A DNA stretch of 64,000 nucleotides from Sminthopsis crassicaudata. Its lineage: Eukaryota. Numbering within the stretch: the stretch's first letter is position 1; every line of letters starts with the position of its first letter. Of this stretch, positions 51,669 to 63,806 are shown piece after piece. The DNA lies in contig NC_133618.1 of NCBI RefSeq assembly GCF_048593235.1, forward strand, positions 230,878,221-230,942,220, given 5' to 3'. A program made the translations under genes and the position numbers. A model generated the notes under the pieces. The model was not told the origin of the DNA. It did not search any database and was given only the letters and a program-made list of their open reading frames with translations.

Positions 51669-53429
51669 GAAAAGATTTAAAACACAGAAAGTCAGAATTA
51701 GAGAAGCCCATAGAACTGAGAATATAGAAACTGGAAAGGATCTTTATACACAGGTCATTAGCACTGGAAAGTATCTTATTGATCAAATAATCCAACTGCC
51801 TTATTTAATGCAGGAGACAGGTCCATTCTTCTTTTCAATTTGCCACAAAGCCTCTTTTATAAAATGTAAATCTCATTCCCTTTATCAGTGTAGGCCTCCA
51901 TTGCTTAATGTAGTATTATTTTAAACCATGTAAAACTAATAAAATTAAATGATGAAACATTTGTATTACACTTAAGTTGCTCAAAACATAAACTACTCCA
52001 AACATAAACATTCCTGTAACAATAAAGTTCATATCTGAATGTCCCAATCACTATAATGAAATTAGGATTCCACTGGTAAATTGAAAGCTCCTGGTTTTTT
52101 GAAACAATGAGATTACCTAGACACTTGTTTTTCCAGGAATGATAACAATCAGTATACTTTCACAAACAATAAGAAATGATAGATATACTCACATATAAAC
52201 ACAAGGGAGAAGCACATCATTCACCCTGTCAAGGATGAAATGCAACAGCTGTTTCCCCAGGTGCAGAGAATATCTCTCAGTCTCTTCCAACCCCCAAAAC
52301 ATGCAAATACTTTCAGTGGAAAGGTTTGGTTATTTAAAAAAAAATCCAGAGCCTTCTGCACAGTTTCAACTCACAGAAGAGGTTATACACTCGCCTACTG
52401 GTTTGAAAAAAAAAAAAAAAATCAGTTGACTTCACTTTATGCCTAGCTCTTGCAACAGAAATAATGCAAATTAGCCTCTCCCCTGAGTCCTGTTTTGCCT
52501 AATTCGGAAGGGATGGAAATGGTTGATAACCACCATTTATATTGACTAAAGTGCTGCAGCTTCTAGGCCTATCACATAACCTGAACACCGAGAGTCCCAG
52601 AGAAACTTGCAAGGAATAATTAAGAGTACCAGTGTGTACTCTCTGACAATTAATTTAGAGAAAGAAAACAGTAACATTTCTCAAAGGGATTAACTTGTTT
52701 TCCTATCTCTTCACAGTACTAATGAAGCTTGTTAAAAGACAAACAATAATGCTTATAAATTTTTAATGTGCTCACATTTTAAATCCAAGAGAATCATAGG
52801 TTTAAAGCTTTAAAGACATTCCCCATATCTAATCTATTGCCAAGGTAACCAATTTACCTTCACGACATCTCTTATACTCCTTTCTTTTTCTGTCCAACAC
52901 CCTGGTCCAAGCCCTTGTGATTTCACACATTGGACTACTGGATCACTTCTGAGTGGACTCTGTCTCAAGTCTCTTCCCACTCTGGTCCATCTTTTCTGGT
53001 CAGTTGTTAAAGTGATTTTCCTAAAGTATAAATGTGACTATATCACACCTCCCCCCACCCCAATTCAATAAATTCCAGGGGCTCTATAACTTCAAATTAC
53101 TGCAAATAAAATCTAGCATTCAGCGCCTTCATAATCTGTTTCCCTTGTATCTTTCCTGCCACCTTACACATCACCCTTCCTTTCCAATTCTACAGTCCAA
53201 TACCACTGGCTTCCTTGAGATCCCTTGAATAAAACACTTCAACTTCCAACTCCTGGCATTTTCTCTCCCTCCACATCTCTGCTTCCTGGCCTTCCTGTCT
53301 TTCTTTAGTTTCAGCTAAAATCTTAACTTTCTATAGAAAACCTTTCCTGATATCTTCTCTCTGTTGATTATTTCCAATTTCTCTTGCATATATCTTATTT
53401 GTCTTCTATTTGTCTGTGAGCACATTTAG

Positions 53430-54930
53430 AGCAGGGGTTTATTATTATTATTATTATATTTTGAATAGATATACATTTAAATTTGAATTCTAAATTCTCT
53501 TCCTCCCTCTAGGTCCTCTCCTACCCACTGACAAAGCAAGCCATATGATATCTATTATACGTGTGAAAATCAGATAAAACATATTTCTATATTAGCCATA
53601 TTGCAAAAAAAAAAAAATGAAGCAAGAAAAATAAAGTGAAGAGAGTTATACTTCAATTTGCACTCAAAATTCATCAGTTCTTTCTTGGGAGGTAGACTAT
53701 ATTTTTTCATCATTGAGTCCTTTGAAACTGTCTTGGATCATTGTGTGTTTATTAAAGTAGCTAAATCTTTCAGAGTTAATCATCCTTACAATATTGCTGA
53801 TACTATGTATAATGTCCTCCTGGTCTTGTTCCCTGAACTTTGCATCAATTCATATAGGCCTTCCCAAATTTTTTTTTTTTTAAATCACCACCCTCATAAT
53901 CTTTTAAAGCTAAATAGTATTCCATAACAATCATAAACCCAACTTGTGTAGCTGTCCCTCAATGGATGGATATCTCTTCAATTTCCCATTCTTAGCCATC
54001 ATAAAAAGAGGTGTAGGTCCTCTTCTTCCTCTTTCTTTGATCCCTTCAGGATAAAAATTTAGTATTATTGTGGACTCAAAGGATATGTGTAGTTTCCTAG
54101 TCTTTTGGGAATAGTTCCAAATTGTTCTCTAGAACCATTCCACCAACAATGCATCAGTATCCTATTTTTTCACATTCCCTACAGCATTTTGTCATTTTTC
54201 TTTCCTTATTATAATTTCCCCACACACATTTTCTTGCTTTCCTTCTAATTTTAGTTGCATTGTTTATGATTGTGCAAAATTTCATGTTATTAAAATTCAT
54301 CCACTATTCTTCCTATGATCTTCTGTCTTTTGTTTGATCACAAACTCTTTCCTTCTCATGCTCCCCTACTTTCTGCCAAACAATCTTCTAGTTTTCCCAG
54401 CAATTTTTCAAACATTGAATTTTTACCCCCAAAGCTTGGCTCTTTGGATTTATCAAATACTAGATTTACTATGATTATCTACTATTGTGTATTATGTATC
54501 TAATCTATTCCACTGATCCATCATCCTATTTCTTAGATAGTACTAGATTGTTTTGATGATTATCATTTTACAATAAAGTTTGAAATCTGGTTCTGCTAGG
54601 TTACCTTCCTTCATATTTTTGAAAATTGATTCCCTTGATATTCTTGAATTTTTATTATTCTAGATAAATTTTGTTATTATTTTTCTATAAAATAATTCTT
54701 TGCTTATTTGATATGGCACTAAATAAGTAAATCATTTTAAGCAAAATTGTCATTTTTATTACATTAGTTCAGCCTACCCATGAGCAATTATTTCTCTATC
54801 TGGATCTGACTTTGTGTGAACAGGGTTTTGTGATTGAGTTCACAGAGTTTCTGAGTTTGTCTTGATCGGTTTATCTTGGGGCAGACTTCCAAATATTCTA
54901 TACCATATGCAGTTATTTTAAATAGAATTT
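53430..54930 (-). mobile_element. Old L1 3' region hosting the younger L1 at 54933
   Basis: Antisense L1 3' UTR/ORF2 motifs; approximate bounds. Confidence 0.7.
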
Positions 54931-54932
54931 CT

Positions 54933-55847
54933 TTTATTATTTATTATTTTTTAAATAGTTTTTATTTACCAGATATATGCATGGGTAATTTTACAGCATT
55001 GACAATTGCCAAACCTTTTGTTCTAATTTTTCCCCTCCTTCCCCCCCACCAGATGGCAGGTTGACCAATACAGGTTAATTATGCTAAAGTATAAGTTAAA
55101 TGCAATATATGTATACATGTCCAAATAGTTGTTTTGCTGTACAAAAAGAATCGGACTTTGAAATAGCATATAATTAGCCTGTGAAGGAAATAAAAAATGC
55201 AGGCAGACAAAAATAGATGGATTGGGAATTCTATGTAGTGGTTCATACTCATCTCCCAGAGTTCTTTCGCTGGGTGTAGCTGGTTCAAGTCATTACTGCT
55301 CTATTGGAATTGATTTAGTTCATCTCATTGTTGAAGAGGGCCACATCCATCAGAATGGATCATCATATAGTATTGTTGAAGTATATAATGCTCTCCTAGT
55401 CATGCTCATTTCACTCAGCATCAGTTTATGTAAGTCCCTCCAGGCCTTTCTGAAATCATCCTGTTGGTCATTTCTTACAGAACAATAATATTCCATAATA
55501 TTCATATATCACAATTTATTCAGCCATTCTCCAATTGATGGGCATCCACTTAGTTTCCACTTTCTGGCCACTACAAAGAGGGCTGCCACAAACATTCTTG
55601 CACATACAGGTCCCTTTCCCTTCTTTAAGATTTCTTTGGGATATAAGCCCAGTAGTAACACTGCTGGGTCAAAGGGTATGCACAGTTTGATAACTTTTTG
55701 AGCATAGTTCCAAATTGCTCTCCAGAATGGCTGGATGTATTCACAGTTCCACCAACAATGTATCAGTTCCCTCCTTTTCCACATCCCCTCCAAAATTGTG
55801 CATTATCTTTCCCTGTTAGTCTAGCCAATCTGACAGGTGTGTAGTGG
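54933..55847 (-). mobile_element. 5'-truncated L1
   Basis: ORF 55509-55793 ([17 protein letters not shown]...); TSD TTAAATAGAATTTCT (54918-54932, 55848-55862). Confidence 0.93.
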
Positions 55848-57004
55848 TTAAATAGAATTTCTCTCTTCCTGCTGGGTTTGGTTTTGTTGTTGTTGTTGTT
55901 GTTGTTTGTTTTTTGGTCGTTTTTTTTTTGGGTAAGTGCAGGAGAGAAAAGATGCTAAGCTACCTACCAAACAAAGTCTACAGAACCATTGTGTTGACCT
56001 CATTGTTGTAGACCTGTGAAACTCAGACAGCATACCAGTGTCATACCAGAAAACTGAACCACAAAGAGGCCAGGAGTTAACTAGAGATAAATATAAATGT
56101 AATTAAGGCAGAGAGCTAAACTTTTGCCCAAAATGTTAGGAATCATCTTAACTGGATGCTCACCACTTCCTCAGCAGCAAACTAATTTGCCTGGAGATGT
56201 TTTCCTCACCCAATTTTGCCCTCATCATTGGTGCGTTCCTGGCCCAGATCTCTACCCTGATGGGAGCCCACAATTGTTCATTTCATTCCTAGCTCTCCTC
56301 AATTTTTGTATTACTCCACCTCTTCACCAACTAGCCCTTCCTACCACCCTTTTATGTCTGACCTTTCCCTATTTATAATGTAAGCTTTTTGAGAGCAGGG
56401 AGCACCTTATCTTCCTGTATTTGTATTCTCAGCACTTAGCACAGACTGGCAGTGGTGAACACTAAATAAATCTTCTATCTGAACAACTGTGGTTGTACTC
56501 CTTTTGGTTTGATATAAATTCCTTAAAGAAGCAAAGGCAGGAATAAAGTGAGCCAGAAAGGCCATTATATTTCCCCTGGGCTAAAAATTACTCAATTACA
56601 GTAACAGGGTGAGGCTGATAAAAGTTCTGAGGCTCCAGAGACAAAAAGAGGTAGGGAGGAAAGGATGATGAAGATCTATCCCCTCGCTAGCAATACTTTT
56701 ATCCACCATAGTTACATTTACATGTTGTCATCCTTCTTTAGAAGGTAAGCTCAGGGACTGTTTTTGCTTCTGCCTTTGTATCCCCAGGGCTTAGCACATT
56801 ATCCTTAATAAATGTGTTGATCAGTTGATTGCCTGGTACCCATTCAGGGCTGTTCTAGCTCTCTCTCCTTGGAAATCAATTTTTTTTCACCCACACCTGC
56901 TGTATCCTTGGCAATCCAAAAATGATTCTCTTTGGCTGAGAAAACACAAGCAAAATAAAAACAGAGTCCTTCTGCCTTGTCTCCTTTGTACATTATTGTC
57001 ACCT

Positions 57005-57665
57005 TGAAGAAGGGACCCCAAAACTCTAAAAGTCCTTAAAGGAGAAAATCTCCTTCAATTCTGCCTCAGTGAGGGACTCCACCCCAAGGGACAAACAGTT
57101 TCATCCTTGTTATCTGCGTGGGGTCAACTCAGTACTGAAATTCATTGAATTTATTTCAAATTCCAGCTCAAGCTGAAACCCAGCAATAAGCCAACTTGGT
57201 ACTCCATCCATGAGCCCCCTTCAGCTTGTAGCCAAAGCTTCCATTATAAAAGAGCCAAATTAAAACCCTCTCTTTGCAGAGGTTCCAAACATGCCAATTC
57301 CATGCTTGGGATACCAAGGCTCTGTCCACTGGAATACTCTTTCCAGTGCCACCCTCGCTTTATCCTCACCTCTTTCCTAACCAGACTTTATGTCTCTCTG
57401 TCAGGATTTCTAACCTTACTTCCAATCCCCATAATAAACCTCTTTTAACAATCTAAGTTTTTGGGTCTTTTTCAGAGAATCCCTGTGACACCAGAAGGGA
57501 GTCCCTAAAACTCCCTATATGTGCCACAAATTCCAAGGGGTTGCAGAGGAAACAAACCCCTCCATTTGGTTCCCTGAACCCTGAACCTGCCAGTAGACCT
57601 CATTTAACTCCCTGACCACCAGAAACCCTAATCTCATTTTGGTTCCCTAAATCTAAACCTCATCA
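57005..57665 (+). mobile_element. Solo LTR (ERV1-like), 661 bp
   Basis: TG...CA termini; 4-bp TSD ACCT; TATAAAA at 57245; AATAAA 57433-57438. Confidence 0.8.
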
Positions 57666-59537
57666 ACCTCTTGTTATTTCCCCTATTGGACTGTGAGCTG
57701 GAGAGCAACAATTAGTTTTTGCTTTTCTTTGTATGCCCCTCTGCTTAGCACAGTAGGTAGAAGACATTTGATAGATGCTTGTTGAACTGACTTGAACATT
57801 GAATTTATCCTTTCTTTAAATATCCCTGTTTCCCTCAGGTTATGTTGCTGCCCTCAGCTTTGCTCATCAACCTCAGCTTAGTTTGAATCCTCTTGCTACT
57901 CTTACAGAACTGTCCCAATTTTCTGTTTTCATTCTATCACCTGTCCCTTATTCCTATCTTTGGGCATAAGTCTTTAAAAATCTCATTTTGCTGTTGAATT
58001 CCCTGTGCATCTACACTGATGTATTTAGACAATCCTTCCTTTTCTAGTTCACTGGATATGTCTCTTTTGTGACCAGAATTTCATTATGAAAAGCTGACTG
58101 AGCTGACTTCTAATACTTAATATGATTTATATATGGTCACAGTGATGTCTGAGGATATGGCCAATGTTCAAGAGGTCAAGTGCACAAGCCAATGCATTTT
58201 CCTCTGCACCAAATTGTCTTTTAGGAGCTTATTTACCACGTGATGTAAAATTGGCTTGCTTGTATTAAGTATGTTTATACCCTTAATATAATCTAGCCAT
58301 AGTGATTATTAAAAGAGTTTAAAACTTGCCAGAAAATAAATTATTTCAGGTCTAACTTTTATTGTTAACTGATTGATTTCTTTCAGGCAGTCGGGGATAT
58401 ATGACTTGCCCAATCTGAGGCTAAATCTGAATTCAGATCCTTTTGACACCAGGATCAGTGCTCTACCCACTTAGCTGCCTCATTAATTGAGTTGTCTTAA
58501 TTCAATTAAAATTTATTGTTATTAATGTTAATTACAGCTAACATTTGCATTATACCTTAAAGTTTACAGTGAGTTTTAGACATAGTTATCTCACTTGGTA
58601 CTTACAATAACTCTTTAAATTAGGGGCTACTGTTTTTCCCATTTTACAAATTAGAGCACTTGAGATGGAGACAGGTTAAGTGATTTTAATTGCACAGTGC
58701 ACTATCAGAAATGTTTTGTCAGATAAGTTTTACTTAATTATTTTTCCTTATTACAGGCAGAGTCAATGAGGAAATATATTATGAAACTGTGATATAAAAA
58801 AGCAATTAAGCTCAAACATCAACAAATGAAATTTAAACAACTCTCCATTAAGTCCTGCTTTAGTTGAATTCTATGTCTAGATCTATCACAAACAAATATA
58901 GTACCATATAAACATTATTGCAAAACAAATTAAACTATGTTGAATGTCAACATCAGCCAACTGATAATTTTAGCCACCTTAACTCATATTCAATTTAGAA
59001 ATAAGTGTATGGAGACTGAATGTAAATCAATACATGCTATGTTCACTTTTTTTTCTTTTTCTTCTGTTTTTTTCTCTCATGGTTTTTCCCTTTTGTTCTG
59101 ATTTTTCTTTCCCAACATGATTTACAAAGAAATGTGTACTAAAAAAAATATATATATAAAGAGCTAATTTTTAAAATTAATGTGCATGTACAACTAGAAA
59201 AAGAAAAACAATAAAAAAGGAAAGAAAAAAAAGAAATAAAAGTTGTACTCCCTAAAACATAAAAACTTCTAATTATTTGAAAAAAGAAAAGCAAGGTTTT
59301 GCCTACTAGCCAGGCCAAACCAATGTTAAAAATGTTAAAAAATTAACCATGTTAAAATTAATTGGTTTATTAAAAGTCAGAATTTATAGTTAATGTTTAA
59401 ATTTAAAGGATTAAATATGAATTTTAGAATTTGAAATCAACATTGTGAGCACCATTGGAGACCCTCAAATATCATCCCCTAAAGTGTCTTAGTCATTCTA
59501 TTAATTGGCTAGCAAGTAGACCTTCTGCTTGTTTGCC

Positions 59538-59568
<31 letters not shown>

Positions 59569-59590
59569 ATAGATAGATAAATAAATAAAT
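59538..59590. repeat. (TAAA)n/(TAGA)n microsatellite
   Basis: Direct reading. Confidence 0.95.
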
Positions 59591-59652
59591 GAAAGAGTAA
59601 AAAAGACTTCTTAACTAAGTGGAACTAGAATATATAAATGTATATACTTGTC

Positions 59653-59715
59653 TGTGTGTATGTGCATGTGCATGTGCGTGCGTGTGTATGTGCGTGTGTG
59701 CATGTGTGTGTGTAT
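59653..59715. repeat. 63-bp alternating pyrimidine-purine tract
   Basis: Uninterrupted TG/CA/CG/TA alternation. Confidence 0.9.
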
Positions 59716-60559
59716 CCTGGCTAATATTGATATTATCCAAAGTGAGTTCTAGTTATAATTTACATAAGTACTACTGTATCTGACTAATAAGGTTTATGAA
59801 ACATTCAGATATTAAAAGGACCAACTCTATGAGGACTGAAGGAGAATATTTTATACAACATGAATCTTAATAATGAATGTTTCTTTAGTTGAATTGACTT
59901 AGTAATCAACAGTGATACATTAATAACCAAAGTTAATGTAATGCACCTCTTTGAGCCTTTTTCTTCTTAAGTGCTTTGATTCTATGGCTCATTATTGCAG
60001 GAAATAAAACAAACAAACTCTCAAAACATGAAGTCCAGCAACCAATACAGTTTATTCAAAAGAGGAAAAGTACAAATAAAATATAAATACCCCAAATCTG
60101 TCTCTGCTGAAATGCCTCCTTCTTTTCCAATTCTGGCACATGGATTTAAATTCAAATTCAGTGAAAGTTTTCTTTTAAACTTACTCAAGGCCAACAGGGA
60201 ATGTTGCTTATAATCTAAATACATTTAGATATATAAACTTTATTTGGATACTTGACAAAATAAAAGTATTTTAGGTCAATGTATACAAAAATATTTATAC
60301 ATTTTATATCATATTATTGGCCAAATTTAAAGAAAACAATTCTAGAGTAGAAATACTTCTACTGAAGTATATTTTAGATTATCTTGAGAATAAAAGATTT
60401 CTAGGAAGTTGGAAGGGGTTGTAATTTTTTAAAAAAAGAAATACAGAGGGCTTAGAAAAAAACAATAAAATAAATATGGACCCCTATATTTAACATATTT
60501 TACAAATTAGAGGGTAGGGGATAATGTTTTTGTTTTTGAAAGAACATCTTATAATGAAA

Positions 60560-60795
60560 AATATTGGAAAGGATGTGGGAAAACTGAGACACTAATGCAT
60601 TGTTGGTGGAATTGTGAACTGATCCAGCCATTCTGGAGAGCAATTTGGAACTATGCCCAAAGGGCTATGAAACTATGCATACCCTTTGATCCAGCAGTGT
60701 CTCTACTGGGTCTATATTCCAAAGAAATCATAAAAGAAGGAAAAGGATCCACATGTGCAAAAATGTTTGTAGATGTTCTTTTAGTAGTGGCAAGG
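60560..60795 (+). mobile_element. L1 ORF2 3' fragment interrupted by the ERV
   Basis: ORF 60595: [22 protein letters not shown]...KMFVDVLLVVAR stops matching L1 at the LTR start. Confidence 0.9.
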
Positions 60796-61189
60796 TGTAA
60801 TGGGCCAGAACTGTGGAGAAATATACTTAGGACACAGTATGATTGATTTAATCCTACAACATGGTGCTAACTCAGTGGAATTGATGAGACAATGGTGATT
60901 TAGTTTACATATACTTAGTATTTAGAATGATAATGTAATAGTTCTATAATTGATGTAATTGTAATAGGGTATTTAAACTGGGGACAAACTCAGCCACCAT
61001 CATTCCATCTTTGATTAGCCTCATGAAGGCTCTCCTGCCTCCTGCACTTTGGGAGACATTGGTTCAGACTGGGAGACTGAAGGAGACAATAAAGACCTAG
61101 GACTCTATCCCTGACCATTCTTATGGTTGTTATTCTGCTGAGACTAAGGCTGGTCCCCAGACCTCCAGAAAACCAGCTGTAACATTACA
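60796..61189 (+). mobile_element. 5' LTR of ERV (394 bp)
   Basis: TGTAATGGGCCAGAA...CATTACA; AATAAA 61088-61093; immediately followed by PBS. Confidence 0.95.
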
Positions 61190-61192
61190 TTT

Positions 61193-61210
61193 TGGCACCC
61201 AACATAGGAT
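61193..61210 (+). promoter_or_regulatory. Primer-binding site, tRNA-Lys(CUU) type
   Basis: TGGCACCCAACATAGGAT vs TGGCGCCCAACGTGGGGC, 13/18, all differences transitions including two CpG decays. Confidence 0.85.
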
Positions 61211-61339
61211 AAGGACCTACATCCAACTGACAAGATCATGAGTTCAGTGGAGAAGTCCCCATGATGTGGAAATAGGGTGAGTATAAAAATAGACACGCAA
61301 GAAACTTTGGTAAGGGCTAAACTAGTATTTCAGCCAAAT

Positions 61340-62630
61340 TGGACAATGCTTAGAAAAGGGCCTTCCCCACCACAAAGGAAGTGTTTAGAGTGCATGGTTA
61401 AGCTAGTGTAAAAAAAAAAAAAAAAACAAGCTTTGATTGTAACTTGGAAGCAGATCAACAAACTCTTAGAAACTTTACAGTACATGTCTCCTTGGTTCTC
61501 TAAGGAAGAAAAATTAGAAACTAGTGGAAACTAGTAGGAGGGCAATTAATTGAATATTACAATGATAATGATCCTAATTCAATTCCTAAGGAAACACCAT
61601 TCATGAAGCAGCTTTGTCCACCCCTTATGACAAGATTCCAAAAGACACTAGTTAAAGCTAAAAATGACAGGATATATCTGATTTAAGAATAAAAGCCTAC
61701 TCTGTGATTGAAGAATTTGATTCTTCAGGTCAAGCCAGGAGAAGATACACTCCTTTGATCTGGAAATTATCAAAGATCTGAAAAAGGGTTGCATTCTTTA
61801 TGGAACTTCATTGTCTTATGTTAAGATGTTAGAGAATTTGGCTTTTGAAATTTTAACCCCTAGTGATTGGAAATCCATAACAAGGACATGTTTAGAACCT
61901 GGACAAAACTTGTTGTGACTTTCAGAATATAGTGAACTCTGTAGAATACAAGACCAACAAAATAGGCAAACTGGAATTAATATACCAATCACCTTTGATC
62001 AACTAGCAGGTATAAGTTATTATGCAGGCAGATTAATTACCCTTTGACAGCAAATCAGCAAATTGCTGCTGCTGCTATAAAAGCATGAGGCACCTCCCCA
62101 GGAAAATAAGATAGAGGGGAAGCCTTCACAAAAATAGCACATGGTCCAAATGAACCCTTTGTTGATTTCAAGGGATGTCTGCAGACAGCTGTTATATGAA
62201 CTATTGGTGAAAATGTAGCAACAGGAATAATGATAAAACAACTTGCTAGAGAAAATGCTAATGAGGTTTTAGAAGAATTATACTAGGACTACACAAAGAT
62301 GCTCCTTTAGAGGAGATCATAAGACGCTGTACCACAGTGGGCACAAATACCTTTTATATCCAGGCTATGATGCAGAACATGGGAAGACAGAGTCCCTTTC
62401 AGCAAGGGACTTCCAGAGACACTCATCAATGCTTTCAATGTGGTAAAGTAAGGCATCTGAAAGCTCAATGTTGGCATAGAGATAGAGCAAGAAAATAGAG
62501 ATACAGAACAAGACTCAAAACTCCATGTCCAAAAGGCAACAGAGGCTTCCATTGGGCATCAGAATGTAGATTGACTCAGGGAAATGAGAGGTGGGGCCCA
62601 CCTCCAGGGCCCCAGGCAAAAAACAGGTAG
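61340..62630 (+). pseudogene. gag: Decayed betaretrovirus-like gag (MA, CA, NC); start approximate
   Basis: MA KQINKLLETLQYMSPWF; CA DLEIIKDLKKGCILYG...LTPSDW; MHR FTKIAHGPNEPFVDF (62125-62169); knuckles CFQCGKVRHLKAQC (62430-62471) and CPKGNRGFHWASEC (62526-62567); internal stops and frameshifts. Confidence 0.92.
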
Positions 62631-62797
62631 GGTATGATGGCAGCCTAGGTTACACCCAGAGAGTCTTTAGAAGTTCATGATCAATCTGCCCAAAAGCAAT
62701 CTGATGGGAAAAAGGGATTACAATTGGGGAGAATAAAGGTTTTATAACCCGACAGAAGGGCAGTGGCCAGTGCAAGCAGCTCCAATATAATTGCCAG

Positions 62798-62926
62798 GTG
62801 ATGTGGAGAGATCCATAAAGTGGTGAATGGAAGGGACCAGATAGGTTAACTGCTTGGGGAAGAGGGTTTGCTTATATCTCTCTAGATAGAGAAGGAATTG
62901 CATGGATGCCAACAAACCATATTCAC
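62798..62926 (+). pseudogene. pol: Integrase C-terminal domain remnant
   Basis: VMWRDP*SGEWKGPDRLTAWGRGFAYIS...WMP, matching the betaretroviral IN pattern W.DP....W.GPD....WGRG. Confidence 0.85.
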
Positions 62927-63072
62927 CTTTTCCACTGGAGAGAGATAGAAAAAAGAGAAAAACCTTGAAACAAAGGAGAAAACTCAAGAAATATTGGATG
63001 ATTCCATCTCTGATTACTGAAAAAACATGACTGTTTAACTCAATGTGTATGGCAATTGACTCATGAACATCA

Positions 63073-63344
63073 AAAATTATTGATAAGACTGTTACAGAAC
63101 TTCAAAACCCACAGGAATCATTGAATTCCCTAAGATGAAAAATTGTTGATAAAACTGTTGTAATTATTGATAAGACTGTTACAGAACTTCAAAACCCTCA
63201 GAATCATTGGATTCCCTAACACATGATGAGACTATTGCAGGACTCCAAAACTTTTAGGAATCATTGGATTTCCTGACACATGAAGTAATGGACAATAGAT
63301 TGGTTTTGGATTATCTCTCGGCTGCTGAAGGAAGTGTATATATG
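63073..63344 (+). pseudogene. env: env TM remnant (heptad region and immunosuppressive-domain-like motif)
   Basis: DETIAGLQNF*ESLDFLTHEVMDNRLVLDYLSAAEGSVYM, resembling NRLALDYLLAxEGGVC of gamma-type TM. Confidence 0.75.
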
Positions 63345-63619
63345 ATTGTTATTTATATACCCTCCTTCTAGGACTTATGGAAATCAATTATAATACCATA
63401 TTGAATCATATTGTTTGTTATATCACTACTTGTATGAATTGTATAATTCATGTTTGTTACACCACATTGAGCCTGTTGAGACTGTGGGGAGAGCCATCAC
63501 TAGTAGCCTATGTTATATTACTATGTGCTTGTGTAATACCTCCCATGCTGATAGACTTGTGTAAACCTGTTTCAAGTGAGAAACTCGCTAACAAAATCTG
63601 GTTTGACTCCCCATTTCCC

Positions 63620-63780
63620 TTTGGTGTTTTCATCTCCATTCCTGAGATGTCAGGGAGGGCATGATCACCTTGTTTTTTGGTGTTTTCACCCCCTTTTCTG
63701 AGAAGTCAGGGAGGGCACGATTATGTCCTTTTTGGAGTTCTCATCTCCCTGAGAAGTCAGGAAGAGCATGACGACCTATG
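63620..63780 (+). repeat. Three tandem ~55-bp repeats in ERV 3' untranslated region
   Basis: Units start tttggtgttttca/tttggagttctca at 63620, 63676, 63731; each contains ctgagaagtcagg-like core. Confidence 0.85.
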
Positions 63781-63783
63781 TTC

Positions 63784-63806
63784 AAAAAACAAAAGAAAGG
63801 GAGAGA
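63784..63806 (+). promoter_or_regulatory. Polypurine tract
   Basis: aaaaaacaaaagaaagggagaga directly before the 3' LTR TG. Confidence 0.88.
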
